Origin: Lobosporangium transversale
Taxonomy: Eukaryota
Reading direction: 5' to 3'
Length of the DNA stretch: 64,000 nucleotides
Assembly (NCBI RefSeq): GCF_002105155.1
Contig: NW_019028988.1
Coordinates: 682,001-746,000 of the forward strand
The notes beneath the pieces are model-generated. The model saw only the letters and a list, made by a program, of their open reading frames with translations, was not told the origin of the DNA and did not search any database. Numbering within the stretch: the stretch's first letter is position 1; every line of letters begins with the position of its first letter. Shown one piece after another: positions 1 to 12,512 of the stretch. Made by a program: the position numbers and the translations under genes.

Positions 1-214
1 ACCAATTATCCATTACCGACTAGGAAAAAAAAAAAAAAAAAAAGAAAGAAAAAAAGAAAAAATATCATACTACAACATACTACAACAACGCACCTCTTCT
101 TCTCCCCTCCTCCTCCCTTTTTCGTTTTTCATTTTTCGTTTTTTTTTCCTTTCCTACCTATTACTCCACCTATTTCTATCTTTCTATTTTACTTTCTGAC
201 CTGATAGTCACCCA

Positions 215-3200
215 ATGGATATCGACCGCGATCGTGAAAAGGTATATGGAACAAAGATCCCATGGGATGACCAACTCACAAATTCCATGACTCATGATTG
301 TACATTGTGTTTGTGTTTGCATCACGTTGTATTTGGTGTTTGTCAAGGTTGTTTGCGTTGCGGCTCTCTTTCTCAATTTCTCTCTCTATTGAATTGGCTG
401 ATTCCCGTATTTTTTTATTTATTTTTTTATCCTGTCACTTCGTTTCATTTTGAGATTCCTCTCCCCTTTCCCCAAGCTCATATGCTTATATCATGTTTTT
501 TTTTTTTTTTTTTTTTTTTAAAAACTGGAAAGGGAAAAAGGTTTCATTGAAGCAAGGGTTGACGCGATGATCTTCTTGCTACATCCATGCGTGAATGATG
601 GCGGATGATAGATGATGGATGATGGATATTAGACGCACTGGAAAAAAAAAAAAAAAAAAAAAAAAAAGGGAATAGAAGGGCTTTCTGAATCAACTATTGA
701 CTTTTTTTTTTTTTTTTTTTTTTTCCTTGCTCCGATCTGTGAACGCGTTATAGACTGCACTGAGCCTAGTTGTTGGGATGAAAATGGCTATGACACAAAA
801 GAAACCCTCCACTCGTAAACTACCAGGAGCCGGCGCTTCAACCGTAGCATCACAAGCAGCAGCAGCAGCAGCAAAAGCAGGACCAGGAGAGTCCTCAGTC
901 TTGAACGCGCCGATCGCGAACAATGTTAACAAGACTCCCGGCGGAGTATCAAAACAAGGTAACAAGTGGCATTGACTTTTTTTTTTTTTTTTTTTTTTTT
1001 TCTTGTAGTGTGTGCAAGCGTGAGATCTGTGCGGCCGAACGTTTTTTATTATTATTTTTTTATTTTTGAACATGTGAGCCTTACAAACAACGTGGCGATC
1101 CACAATCATTTGGACAAAATGGGTGATCGTTCTAGTTGTAGCTTTTAAAGGCATCTACTAAGGGCAACTTGAGTATATGTGTGTTTTTCTTTTTTCTTTT
1201 TTCTTTTTTTTTACAACCCCAAAGAAAAAGCTGAATAGTATATTGATTCTTTTTTTATTTTTTTTATTTTTTTTTTATTTCTCCCTCTTCTTTCTTCTAT
1301 CCACCGAAATAGCAAGAGTATCGGCAGGGGCAAGGGTAAGACCACACATTGCCGTTGAGTCTCCTGTAGGGGCATTCCCCATTAATGGAATCACTGTTGG
1401 TGTAGAAAAGAAGGAGTCAGCAGGCGCAGGAGCAAGTACAAATCCCAATACCTCCATCGATTTACTTCCACCCAGCCCTATCCTCTCACATAAGCAGCCC
1501 AATGGATCGATGGTTCCTAGACAGCATCACCATATCAACGGCCACAGCAATAACAATAACAATAACCACAGTAATCCACATCCCCCATTACGTTTCTCAT
1601 TTGCTACTACGCCTCCCGCAGCCGCAGCAGAATGGAAGCCAACACTATCCCTTGACTTGATTTCACCAGGCTCAAGTCCATCAATACTCAAAACCCGAGA
1701 AATGTTTACAAGACCAGATCTAACCCCTGTTTTCCATTTGGAGAGATATTATATGGTCCGAGCAAGTCTTCCAAGAAGCTTTTATATTGTTATGGCACAA
1801 CATAATATCCGGCATTGTTGTGTCTTTGAATTTCCAGTGGGTGATAAATGGTGGGGTGATCTAAGCGGCATGCGAAAGGTATGAGTAAACACTTTGGTTC
1901 AAATTGATCACAAGAAAAAAAAAAAAAAAAAAAAAAAAAAGAAAAAGATCTTATTTATCAATGCTTAATCCTACATTACTTTTGTCTGATAGAGCACATA
2001 TATCGATTTTAAAGCTGAAAACTCATCAACCATGTGGGAACTACATTTAAAACCTTCAAGAGATCGCACGTGAGTTTCTTTTCTTTTCTTTCTTTCTTTC
2101 TTTCTTAGTACCTTCAGCAAAGATATGTCTATGATCCGCCTCTTCTGTTACTGACCTTTATTGTCTCTATATTATAATTTATTTCTTGCAGAAATATTTT
2201 TGGATACATTTGCAAGCATGATGATCTCGCCAATATGATTAGTAGTCAGAAGCTCAACCTACTTAAAGCTCGGAGGTTGCCACTTGTATTAGATTTAGAC
2301 GATACACTAGTGCGACTTGTTGGTAATGAGAGGACACGATATGTTTCCGAGGCCGATGCCGCAAAAGGTAAGCTTTTTTTTTTTTTTTATTTTTTTTTTT
2401 TTATAAGATTTAATTCTAGGGAAGAGTAAGGTGTGATCTCGCATGCTATTTTAGCTCGTGATATCTAAAACTTCCTATCTTAAACGCTATAGTACCTGGT
2501 CGCGTAAGGAAGCTTCGGGATGGACGTCAAGTGGTATTAACAGAGTATGTTGAAGAGTTTTTGGAATGGGCCTCCAAACTATATGATATATCAGTTTGCT
2601 CTCTAGGTGAACAGTCGTATGTGGATATGGTGGCAGATGTGCTAGATCCCATGAGGACTCGTATTCGTGGAACGAGATATTCAGCCCGACAGGAATACGA
2701 CTTCTTAAACTCTGCACCTCCTACAAATGCTTTATCGGGACCACCAGGTGGAACGGTAACAAATGGAGCGCTAGTACCGGGAGTAAATAATATCAACCTC
2801 AACGTGTCTAATCAACCCCCAGCACCACCAAAGGACCTTTTATCCCTGTACGCGTTCTGTGCAATGACTAAACCTTCAACAGATGGACTACCCGATATTG
2901 GCAACGGGTTTGCACTCCCATTGATTTTAGATGACCTGACACAGATGTGGCCACCTGATCAGCATGATAATGTGATCGTTGTCAAAGAGCGCAAGAACTC
3001 GCCTGTTTGGACCGTCAACTTATTTCCAATGGTTCAACATGTCCTTGGCGCTGTTCATCAAGAGTTTTTTAGGGCGTACGATTCCTGGGAAAGAGCACGT
3101 GCAGCAGCACTAGCTTCCATCACTATTCCATCTCCAGGAATTTCAGAGTCTGGTATGGCTGGCGAGAATAATGCGAATGGAACGGCCGCGTCCTCTAATA

Positions 3201-3411
3201 CTTTGACTGCTATTGACTTCACAGCAATAACTCCTGCAAAGACACAGTTTTTGAGTATGCCAATCCCCTCAGCGATTGGTTGTTATAAAGAATGGCTACG
3301 TGGATCACTTCGGGATCAAATCAGCCTAACAGCGGCACCACCACCTTCAGCACTAAGAGAAGCAGTCGCACAACAACAACAGGCTCTTGCCCAGCAGCAA
3401 CAGCAACATCT

Positions 3412-3456
<45 letters not shown>

Positions 3457-3610
3457 GCAGCAGCAGCAGCAGCAGCAGCAACCTCAGGTTCAGTCGCAAC
3501 TATCCCTGCTATATCAACCAATGCAGATACCGCCACAACCGCAAATACTCCATCAGCAACAGCAACAACAACATGTTCCACAGCCTTCACAACCCTCTGA
3601 AGGCATTTAG
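215..3610 (+). CDS. FCP1/SCP-type (NIF, HAD-fold) CTD-phosphatase-like protein with C-terminal polyQ; exons ~215-241, 754-958, 1313-1878, 1993-2069, 2192-2367, 2493-3610
   Basis: LPLVLDLDDTLV (DxDxT), EEFLEWASKLYDISVCSLGEQSYVDMVADVLDP and LILDDLTQMW motifs; GT-AG junctions join in frame. The first exon (MDIDRDREK) is less certain, and the alternative start is ATG 778. Confidence 0.75.
3411..3481 (+). repeat. CAA/CAG trinucleotide repeat encoding polyglutamine
   Basis: A (CAA)n run followed by a (CAG)n run, in frame with the Q tract of the phosphatase. Confidence 0.95.
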
Positions 3611-4159
3611 TCTCATTCAATCCCCAGTAGAATTTATCAAATAAACGAAATACACTGTCTAATGCTCAATGACTTGTTACTCAACTCGCATACTTCAAGT
3701 GTACTAGATCTCTGTAGAATACAGCAACATCTGTAGTCTTAAATTCAGTCGAATTTGATTTTCGTAGGCCTCCTAAGCGGACGAAGCGCACACGTGCCGC
3801 AAGGCACTGAAACGGAAGCATCTGCAAAAGCAAGCCACCCCTTGCAGCACATGTGTGTACGCACGCATGCGCTTCGCCTGCTAGCTGGTGAAGGTCAATT
3901 TAATAAAATTTGTAGGCACTTCGTTTAGGAAAGTGTCGGCAAAAACTCAAACTACGTTTTCTGGTCCTCGTTTCTCAGTCTCCTTCGATCGCCAGTGCTT
4001 GTTTGTGTCGATAGTTGGTGGGGAAGAAGGAGGGGGGGAGGGGCTGCAGTTTCAGTTCAAGCCAAGCGCTTGGAGGGATTTTAGGCACGATTCTGTGAAA
4101 GTTTTTGGTAGTAGCTGTAGTTGAAATCTTTCAATCTAATTTTAAAATTGTAATTAATT

Positions 4160-5445
4160 GCATTAAGACATGGTCGCCCAGGTTGAAAGCGTTAGAAACC
4201 GTTTACACACCACAAGAACTGAGGTCATATCTTGCCGCTAGTGTGTTGCTCGCTGTGAACTCGTTGAGGCTTTGGTTCAATTATGGGAGCAGCTCTTCAG
4301 AGTTTGGTTGAAAGAGATCTTACGGTATCCAACTAGATGAGCAGCTTTGACAATTCCAATACCGCTTGTTTCAATTTTATAAAGGATTACCATTTCAGGT
4401 AGAGTTCCTTTTTTGTGAAGGACAGTTATGGCGAAAACAACGGTTATGGCGATGGTGATGGCGACGACGATAAGAGGTCATCATTTTGGTTTCATGGGCG
4501 AGGACTATGATTTAGCCCTTTTAACACGTCCTCGTAAGTACTTGAGACGATTTCAAATCATGGTGCACAAAGTACGACTAGCCATGACCTTATCCACCCT
4601 TACAACCGTTGACGTGGCGACCACATCCTTCACTTTCAACCTAACCGATGATAAATCCCAACACACCGGAGTAACACAATTACATCCAGGAATCGAAGAT
4701 ATCATGCTTTCCAGTCAACCGCCAATCATTATGCACTTCCCAAACTTGAAACGCTGGAGGATATGGAGCAAAATAACACACGACGCATCCTCTACTATGC
4801 TGTTGAAGGAAAGTGTATCCAAATGGTACTCCAGATTGACGGCCATTCAGATAGGCACCATTTCAGGAGATTTGATAGGCCACATTCCAATTCACGATGT
4901 ATTTATCGTATTTATCGACCTGGATGCCTTGATGATTCCGTACAAGGAAATTTCAGTTGATTTGGTCGTCACTCTTACACGCTGCCCAAACAAATGGATT
5001 TGTCTTCACGCCTATAGGCCAGCATCAATGGCCTCGGCCAACTGTTGGATAGATGGAGCTTTTCAGAGGCTGGAGCGATTTTAAAGTCCAGGCTGGATGC
5101 TTCAGCTTTGGCCTCGGCTATTTCCTCGCCTTGAAAGCCTTAGTCTCATGGAGCATGTGATGGATATGGATGAGGTCGAGAGGGGCTTCTTGGTTATGTG
5201 ATGATTTTGCAGGAGATTGAAGCCAGAATTTGAGGGCTTGATACTAGTGAGAAAATCAAAAGTGTATTGAAAAAGTGGAAGGAGGCAAAGGAGTAGCAGA
5301 GATAAGATTGGACGAATCTGCACCTGTCGTCATAAACGATCAACAGCAACAAGATACTTCAATTGAAATGCGTGTCGTTCAACATCTGCTCAAGTCCAAG
5401 GAACTAAGCTGTGTCTGGTTAGGCGATAGAAGGTACGACTTGTAG
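4160..5445 (+). pseudogene. Decayed F-box/RNI-like family gene (copy A); 5' end degenerate
   Basis: ORF 4428-5084 continues past TAA into LFPRLESLSLMEHVMDMDEVE, then after a frameshift WLCDD..., GLDTSEKI and SIEMRVVQHLLKSKELSCVWLG to TAG 5445. Homologous to 20918-22249. Confidence 0.7.
4597..5180 (+). repeat. 584-bp dispersed inverted repeat; partner at 21140-21723
   Basis: Direct reverse-complement comparison shows the same length and 6 substitutions by eye, all transitions. Confidence 0.95.
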
Positions 5446-5619
5446 TCGGACGAGATAAACACCAAAATAAAATGCCAACATTCTTCTGTGCGTGTTCAAC
5501 GTGTTGTTTTATGAAAGGATCAAGCCACATCATTTGATCTTTGAAAGAGTTTAAAAAGCACCATGCAAACGCTTTTTTTTTTTTTTTTTTTTTATTCATT
5601 CACATTTGACATCACCCCA

Positions 5620-8328
5620 ATGAGTCAGCAGCACATGTTCCTCAGGAAGATCTCCCCTTTCATAACGCCACGCGTTGTTTGCGCTTGTATCCGCCAGTCG
5701 TACCCCCAAGGTGCTATCCGTTCTTCTCAAAGATATACCTTGAGATATTCCTCCAATTCCTCTTCTTCGCCTTCCTCGTCTTCATCATTTACGGTTATTA
5801 CAACAGAGGCTGAAAGACCTATCGTCCTTAAGAGACCAAAACCTGACACAGCACGGAAAGCGGATCTCTCACGTAATAAGCCAATTAAGAGTAGAGATCA
5901 TAGCGGCATTAATAGGAACAACAATGGTAATAGCAATAATAAAATCGCCCCGCAAGAAGTAAGAGGGGGAGCAGAGCAGGGTACCCAATTGGATTCAGCA
6001 TTAGGATCAAAAACAGCCTCCCGCAAGTGGACACCGGAGGACGATGCTGAGATCATTCGTCTTGTCCGACAAGGCATGCAGTGGTCAGAGATTGATACTG
6101 CTTTGAATCGACCCCATTCCCAGTGTTACGAACGATACTTCACAGCCTTGGATCCCAACATCCAGTCTTGGTATCTACCAGATGGTCGACTTAATCAGGA
6201 AATGATACGCCGCTTGGTCTATTTGGTCGATGTCGAAGGCCATTCTTTCAAGGCCATTGTAAAATTAGAGTTGATGAAAGAGCCTTGGGAAATACCCACA
6301 AAACATGCACCTCAAGAATTACTAGAAACACTAAAAACAGGAGCAACATCAGTGCCTAGCAGTAGTATCAGTAGCAGTGCTTCCAAGCCGTCCGAGGCGC
6401 CAACAAGGCCAGGAGCAGCGTCGTCCAACCAAAACAAAGGGCAAATAGGAAAGCGATCCAAAAGATTTCGACCCGTCAATCGACTTTTCCTTCAGAAGAA
6501 ATATCTGGCTTATAAATCCAACCTGACTGCGAACGCTATCCGCACAAACCGAGAGATTATGGAGCGAGCTATCCAACGGAGCGTCGAGTTATATGGAGAG
6601 AACTGGAAAAAAGTTGCATCGTATGCAGATGAACTGCTCGATCAATGGACGCCATCCAAAGCAGCTACTCCGATAAAACTGTCACCCATCGCCACTACTG
6701 GAGAGGATTCAGCTCTTCCAAAGGCAAAGATCTTACAAGATAGGAAGGATACAGATTTGATCCAGGAGAGAGAGCCTTTGACTCCAAACAAAGCTGCTAG
6801 TATTTACAGGGCACTTCAACGAAAAGGGGTCGACTGGGGACTGGAGGATGATGTTATTATGGCCCGCAAAGTCCTGGAATTTAGTCGCTCACAACCGGAC
6901 ATTCTAGACGTTTTGGAAAAGCCTCTGCCGGAAGACCAGGGTCATCCAGCAGCTGAGCCACTAGAGGAGCAGGAGAAGTTGCAGTACAAATACTGGACTG
7001 AATTATCTACTGCAGTGGGCACTCACACAGTCGAGCAGTGCAAGCGTCGATGGGATGGATTGTGGGCATTACAGGATAATGAGAAGTCTGCAAAGAGCAA
7101 GGCATTTCATCGGACCGAACGGCTTTATTTCTGGATGCTGTGGGCTCACTTTTATCAACATCAACCGCTGCGCAAAACAGTTGACATAAACCATAATGAA
7201 AGCGATAGCAGCAATGACAAAAGCTATGATGCTGGACTCAAGAACCACAGCAAGATCAATGATCGTGTTCTGGTCACGAAAGATTCAAACCAACACATTG
7301 ATTTAGAGCAAACTCTCAAGGAGGTATCATTCGCTAAGGATATCTCGAGGTGGATGCGCCATCGCTCTGAGGCACAATGTGATTTGTTTTTCAGAACTAG
7401 CGTCATGTCTGCATTTGCACGGCTTGGCATCATATCGGCTCCAGATCAAGGAAAACAAGGACAAAAACAAGAAGATGAGGATGGGTCATCAGAGCATACC
7501 AAGGCAATTGTGGCGCAAAAGAACATCGATATGCCTCAGGGTCTGAGACTCATTCTCCATGAGATTGCAGAGCCTATGATTACAAAGTTGACAACCGTTT
7601 TACCTCAAGATGGTACAACTTACCAACCATGGGTCCTACGCCCCGAATGGACACGAGAAAAGATCCAAGCGTTACAGGAGCTTGTCCATCAAGCTAAGCA
7701 AGGAGTAAAGCGCTCAGATTTCGAATTGGATTGGAACAAAATCGCTGGGAAGTTGAGCGAAAGGTTTGGTATCGACATCAACAGCAGAAACAACGGGAAT
7801 GTCAGTGGCGGCCTTCCCAGTTTTTCAGCAAAGCAATGTCAAGATTGCTGGGAATGCATTGCCACAACACGATATAGACCTACTGAATCCAAAGTACTCC
7901 CATCATCATCAGCAGAACCTAACACGGAGCATGATGGCCATGATGGTCTAACCCAAGATCGTCTGCTGCATTGGTCTGATCGGGACCTTCAGCTTTTGCA
8001 ACAAGGTGTTCGAAAGTATGGTACATTCTGGGCAGATATCCGGGCTCAATTTTTGCCTAACAAAGACCTATCGGATCTATATCAAACCTGGCAAGTCATT
8101 TCTGCGCCTTCAGAAGAGGAAGACCTTTCAAATATAGCAAACCAATCAGAAAAGTTTAAGCTACATGTCGGTCGTGTGAATCGGCTGTTAGATCCAGATT
8201 ACCAAGGTCTCTTAGGCGCTTTGGATAAAGTCAATGGGAGCGGAAGTAAAAACAATGATAAAAGGAAAAGCAAAAGCAACGGCAGGAACAGTCAAGGAGC
8301 GTCAGATGAAAGCGAAGACAGGAAGTGA
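5620..8328 (+). CDS. Intronless ~900-aa multi-Myb/SANT-repeat protein with mitochondrial-presequence-like N-terminus
   Basis: Myb-like units KWTPEDDAEIIRLVRQGMQWSEI..NRPHSQCYERY, YGENWKKVA, WGLEDD..YWTELS..HTVEQCKRRW, WTREKIQAL..DWNKIA..SAKQCQDCW and WSDRDLQLLQQGVRKYGTFWADI. ATG 5620 is preferred over 5563, which runs through a poly-T tract. Confidence 0.8.
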   Translation: MSQQHMFLRKISPFITPRVVCACIRQSYPQGAIRSSQRYTLRYSSNSSSSPSSSSSFTVITTEAERPIVLKRPKPDTARKADLSRNKPIKSRDHSGINRNNNGNSNNKIAPQEVRGGAEQGTQLDSALGSKTASRKWTPEDDAEIIRLVRQGMQWSEIDTALNRPHSQCYERYFTALDPNIQSWYLPDGRLNQEMIRRLVYLVDVEGHSFKAIVKLELMKEPWEIPTKHAPQELLETLKTGATSVPSSSISSSASKPSEAPTRPGAASSNQNKGQIGKRSKRFRPVNRLFLQKKYLAYKSNLTANAIRTNREIMERAIQRSVELYGENWKKVASYADELLDQWTPSKAATPIKLSPIATTGEDSALPKAKILQDRKDTDLIQEREPLTPNKAASIYRALQRKGVDWGLEDDVIMARKVLEFSRSQPDILDVLEKPLPEDQGHPAAEPLEEQEKLQYKYWTELSTAVGTHTVEQCKRRWDGLWALQDNEKSAKSKAFHRTERLYFWMLWAHFYQHQPLRKTVDINHNESDSSNDKSYDAGLKNHSKINDRVLVTKDSNQHIDLEQTLKEVSFAKDISRWMRHRSEAQCDLFFRTSVMSAFARLGIISAPDQGKQGQKQEDEDGSSEHTKAIVAQKNIDMPQGLRLILHEIAEPMITKLTTVLPQDGTTYQPWVLRPEWTREKIQALQELVHQAKQGVKRSDFELDWNKIAGKLSERFGIDINSRNNGNVSGGLPSFSAKQCQDCWECIATTRYRPTESKVLPSSSAEPNTEHDGHDGLTQDRLLHWSDRDLQLLQQGVRKYGTFWADIRAQFLPNKDLSDLYQTWQVISAPSEEEDLSNIANQSEKFKLHVGRVNRLLDPDYQGLLGALDKVNGSGSKNNDKRKSKSNGRNSQGASDESEDRK

Positions 8329-8351
8329 AGTTGATTAGAGAAGTAGATAGG

Positions 8352-8382
<31 letters not shown>

Positions 8383-8384
8383 GA

Positions 8385-8423
<39 letters not shown>
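8352..8423 (+). repeat. poly(A) followed by (GAAA)n microsatellite between convergent 3' ends
   Basis: Visible tandem GAAA units after an A-run. Confidence 0.9.
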
Positions 8424-8424
<1 letters not shown>

Positions 8425-8554
8425 GAGGAAGAAAAAGAATAAGGGTGCCACATTCATTCTTTTGTATTTGATTTTCAACTTTTTTTAAATGTTTTTTCTT
8501 TTTCTTTTTCTTTTTTTTTCTTTATTAATAATAATACGTCGATGTTAATTTGTT

Positions 8555-9316
8555 TTACGACTCCCACGATGCTTCCACGATCTCTCGTACTCTCCTAGTG
8601 TATTCCTTCTTGTTCTCGCGATAGAGATTGGCCGCCTCAGCATTAGCAGGCGAGTTTGGATTGGGATCATGAAGAAGTGACTGGATACTAGTTAAGATGG
8701 CAGCCACATCATAGGTGGGGGACCATCGATTTTGAAGAATATCCAGACATAATTCACCATTGGCATAAACATTGGGATGGAACATGCGTGACACAAACTT
8801 GACAGTCGGCGGCTTGTTTGGATACGTTTCATCGAACTGAAGAACCAAGTTGAACGTGCCATCTTCAAAAGGAGTTTCGCCTTTTGGAAGAAGGAAAAAA
8901 AATAAAATAAAATAAAATAAAATAAAATAAAAATTAATACTTTCTTGTGTTACAGACTGCGCTAAAAAATTGAGGCGTTTTCTTTTGCCCTTCTCCTTCC
9001 TTTCCGCCCCCTCTCTGTATTAGATTGGGGTCATCGGTCAACTTAGTGGCCAAATAAGCCCTTCCATAATCAAAATTACTGTTATTTCTTTTACTGTGGT
9101 GTGGTTAGGTCATCCAATTTTTTTTTTTTCTTTGCTTACACAAGTGAACCATCTTTCCACATTTTATTTTATTTATTCACATTTACCTGGCCCAAAGATG
9201 ACAGCATTCCATAGCATAATGTTATCAGAACAAGGTGCACCAGATATACCGCCTGGGGGATCACTTTGCAAGCGTTTGAAATCCTTCATCAATCTGCGAC
9301 GTGCGGAAGTCGACAT
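8555..9316 (-). CDS. RAD6: Ubiquitin-conjugating enzyme E2 Rad6/Ubc2; exons 9316-9187, 8880-8555
   Basis: [28 protein letters not shown]...[18 protein letters not shown]...[26 protein letters not shown]. Confidence 0.97.
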
Positions 9317-9532
9317 GGCGTTTTTCTTTTCTCCTATGATATGATATATTATGCTGTCTTATTTAATACTTGGGTTCCACTGAACTTCCTTTCTGTACTA
9401 TTTGCCTTTTTTTTTTATTTTTTTTTTATTTTTCTCTCTCTTTTCCTTTCTGCCTTGTTTGCTGAAATAGAATGATGAAGATGTCGTGTAAAGAATGTGA
9501 GTGAATGAGTTGAGTGAATGAATGAGGAAGAT

Positions 9533-9564
<32 letters not shown>

Positions 9565-9990
9565 GTGACAGAGTGACATGGGCTCAATTCCATGATAATA
9601 GGAGTGTGCAAAGCCACACTGATTAACTGCATGCGTGCCAAACTCCTCCTCTTTCTCCTCTATCTTCTCGCCGTCATCTCATCTTACACATCAAAAAAAG
9701 GGGGGGGGGGGTGGCCTGTGCGGGAACCCAAGAAAGGAACCATTTTAATAAGACATCTCTCTTTAGGAAGATTAGATTAAGAATATATTATAGGTTTCTA
9801 TGTGTGTATACATATTATAGCATTTTTTATTATTATTATTGTTTCATCGATCCAAAGGCCTTAAAAGAAAGTCTCCTTGTCGTCGATCATCCATTTTTTT
9901 TTTTTTTTTTTTTTTGCTCTTATTTTTAGTTACGGGAATTGTTTGTACGTTTTTTTTTTTAAAAAAAAAGAGCAAAGCCTTTCCATAGTC

Positions 9991-12477
9991 TCACTCTTTT
10001 AAACCTTTGCGACCTGAGCTAGGGCGTCTCAATCTAGTTGTAGTGTCTGGTGGTTGTACCAAAATGCTTTCTTGCCCGCTAGATCGTCTCCGGGCCCTTC
10101 CAGAATTAGGTGACGCACCATCGAACGAAGCGGCAGCGTTGGCAGTGTTGACAGATTGTTCTTTCTTAAAAACTTGACCAGGTTCCATAACAGCCCCCAA
10201 TGCACGACGTAATTGCCGATCCATATATCCAAGTCCAACCTGATAACTCGCGTTCATCCATCCAAAACCTTCACGTGGAATAAACTTGAAGTCCACACCG
10301 ACGTTTCCGTACTCCACTTGCACTCTGTGGGTCATGTTCACTACATCAAACTTTTCAGGTACCACGCCATTGAAGTCTACAAATGATTTCGTGATACTAG
10401 AAGAGAGAAATAAAAGAAAAATACGTCAGAAGCTTTTATATATATATGTAAAAAAAAACTCGATAAAAATAAAATAAAATAAAATAAAATAAATAGTATT
10501 AATAAACTTACGTGTACAACCAGCGGTAACAGCAGCGCTTAGCTTCCTCCATGAATCCGTATTTCTCAAAACCAATCCAGGAAATAATCTGATGAGGTGC
10601 CCAACCAAATGGAAAGTCCCACTGGCGATTAGGACGAGATAAGGTAATAATGCCCCTGGATTCCTCTGTCCCAGACACTAATCCTCCAGTAACCTCAAAT
10701 AAAGGAAGGGCCGTAACCCTATGGAAATATAACAGTCAGTGATTATTATAATTATAGTTCTTATTATTTTTTTTGGAGACGAATTCATTGCACAGAGTCA
10801 AATTTTCAAGCTTTTTTCAACTTACATCATTTTCTCAGCCTTTGTACGGTCGGCGCATCCGGCCCACATGGTATAAAAAGTTGTAACACTCTCATAGGTA
10901 CTTTGAGTCTTCAGGCGTGTATTATAATCGAAGAACATCCCTTTCTCTTCATTCCAACAGTACTGATTAATTTTTTCTTGACGGGCACGGGCACGTTCAA
11001 ACCATTCGGCAGAGGTATGAGTGACCGATGAAGGCCGATCCTTACATTTTACATTGCGGGTTTCATAGCTACTAAAGAATGGGGTCTCAAATGTGTCTCC
11101 AAAAATTGTCTGGATTGTCTCTGCAATATCCATCTCATACTTGAACAGCAAGGCGTTCAGATCAATAGTCGCAATGTCTGCACAACAGTTGTCTAGGCGG
11201 TAAGTGGTGTCGTGACCAGACTCGCGGACTGCGCGGTCGTGCTTAAAGTACGTATCCAGTTCTGGCTCATGTAACTCTCCACTGTTGTACATGTCGCAAT
11301 ACTTCTCGATAGATAATCCTCTTGCGTCAGCAAAGGGTTTGATCACATGGTCGAAATGGGTCGATTCTGTCTCTGGTGGCATGCCTACGCCCTCACTGTA
11401 ATAACGCGAAAGTCCCGACACTGGATCATACCGAGGCTGAGACATCCAAATAGTCAGATACTCCTTAATGGCTGCCGTCAACGAAACAGCAAGCCATTGC
11501 TTGTTTTCGATCTCAAGACTGAATGGAAGACGATCGTAGACCTTAAGCATCATATCGGTGAAAAATGGAGGTTGAGTTCTGGTCAAGTAGTAGCTACGGT
11601 TGGCATTCAAGATTTTGCCGTAATGCTGAATCTCATACACAAAATTATCCACCATACCCTTCGCCAGCTCCAACCGCCCATCTACTAGCAAGCCCAAGGA
11701 TTCAAAGTAAGAGTCCCATCCATACATCTCGTTGAAACGACCTCCCGGGACTACAAATGGAACGCCCTTCAACGTGTCCAAACCTTCCTCGTCTACGAAC
11801 CTTGTCATAGCCAAAGCTAAAATGCCAGGTTTCTCGTTGATTGACTGAACGTACTTGGGTGTGATGAACTCTGGCAATTGCTCTACATCGAGTTTAAGAT
11901 GGGGTTTCTGAATAGAAATATTTTTGTAATACTCGAACACCTCATTCTCTCCATGAGGGATATAAATCCGTGGCGCAGTATTCTTGGATCGGGTTTTAGG
12001 GTCATTTGCAATCATTTCTAAACCTTCTGCATCAATACGTCGAGTGAGTCCATCCCAGAAATGATGACGGATCATGCGTGAGAGCCGATCGACAGGGTTT
12101 TCGTTCAACCGAGCCTCGTCCAATACCACGTATTTACGGCCATAATCCTGCGCTAGCGATAACTCCTGAAGCAGATTACTAAGCATGTACGTTCCACGAA
12201 TGTCATACTTTTTGAATCCAGCCGAATCTGCAGTGCCTAGAGTGATGACCTTTGGACCAACATCATTAACTGTAATCTGAAAGTCACCATCTGTATCCTC
12301 CTGTTCCAAGATCAGCTTCTGAGTCGCTTCGACGTCAATAAGGAACCGCCTTGGCTTAGTGGCTTTGTCATCTAAGAATGATAGAATCAAGAAGGAGAAA
12401 AAATGATAGCGTTAATGGCGATAAGATAAGGAACACAACAGATGAAGAGGTCAACACATTATTAATCAAAGGTCTGT

Positions 12478-12512
<35 letters not shown>

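Noticed and set aside
3292..3644. Poly-T, poly-V and poly-N ORFs
   Set aside because: Alternative frames of the CAA/CAG polyQ repeat.
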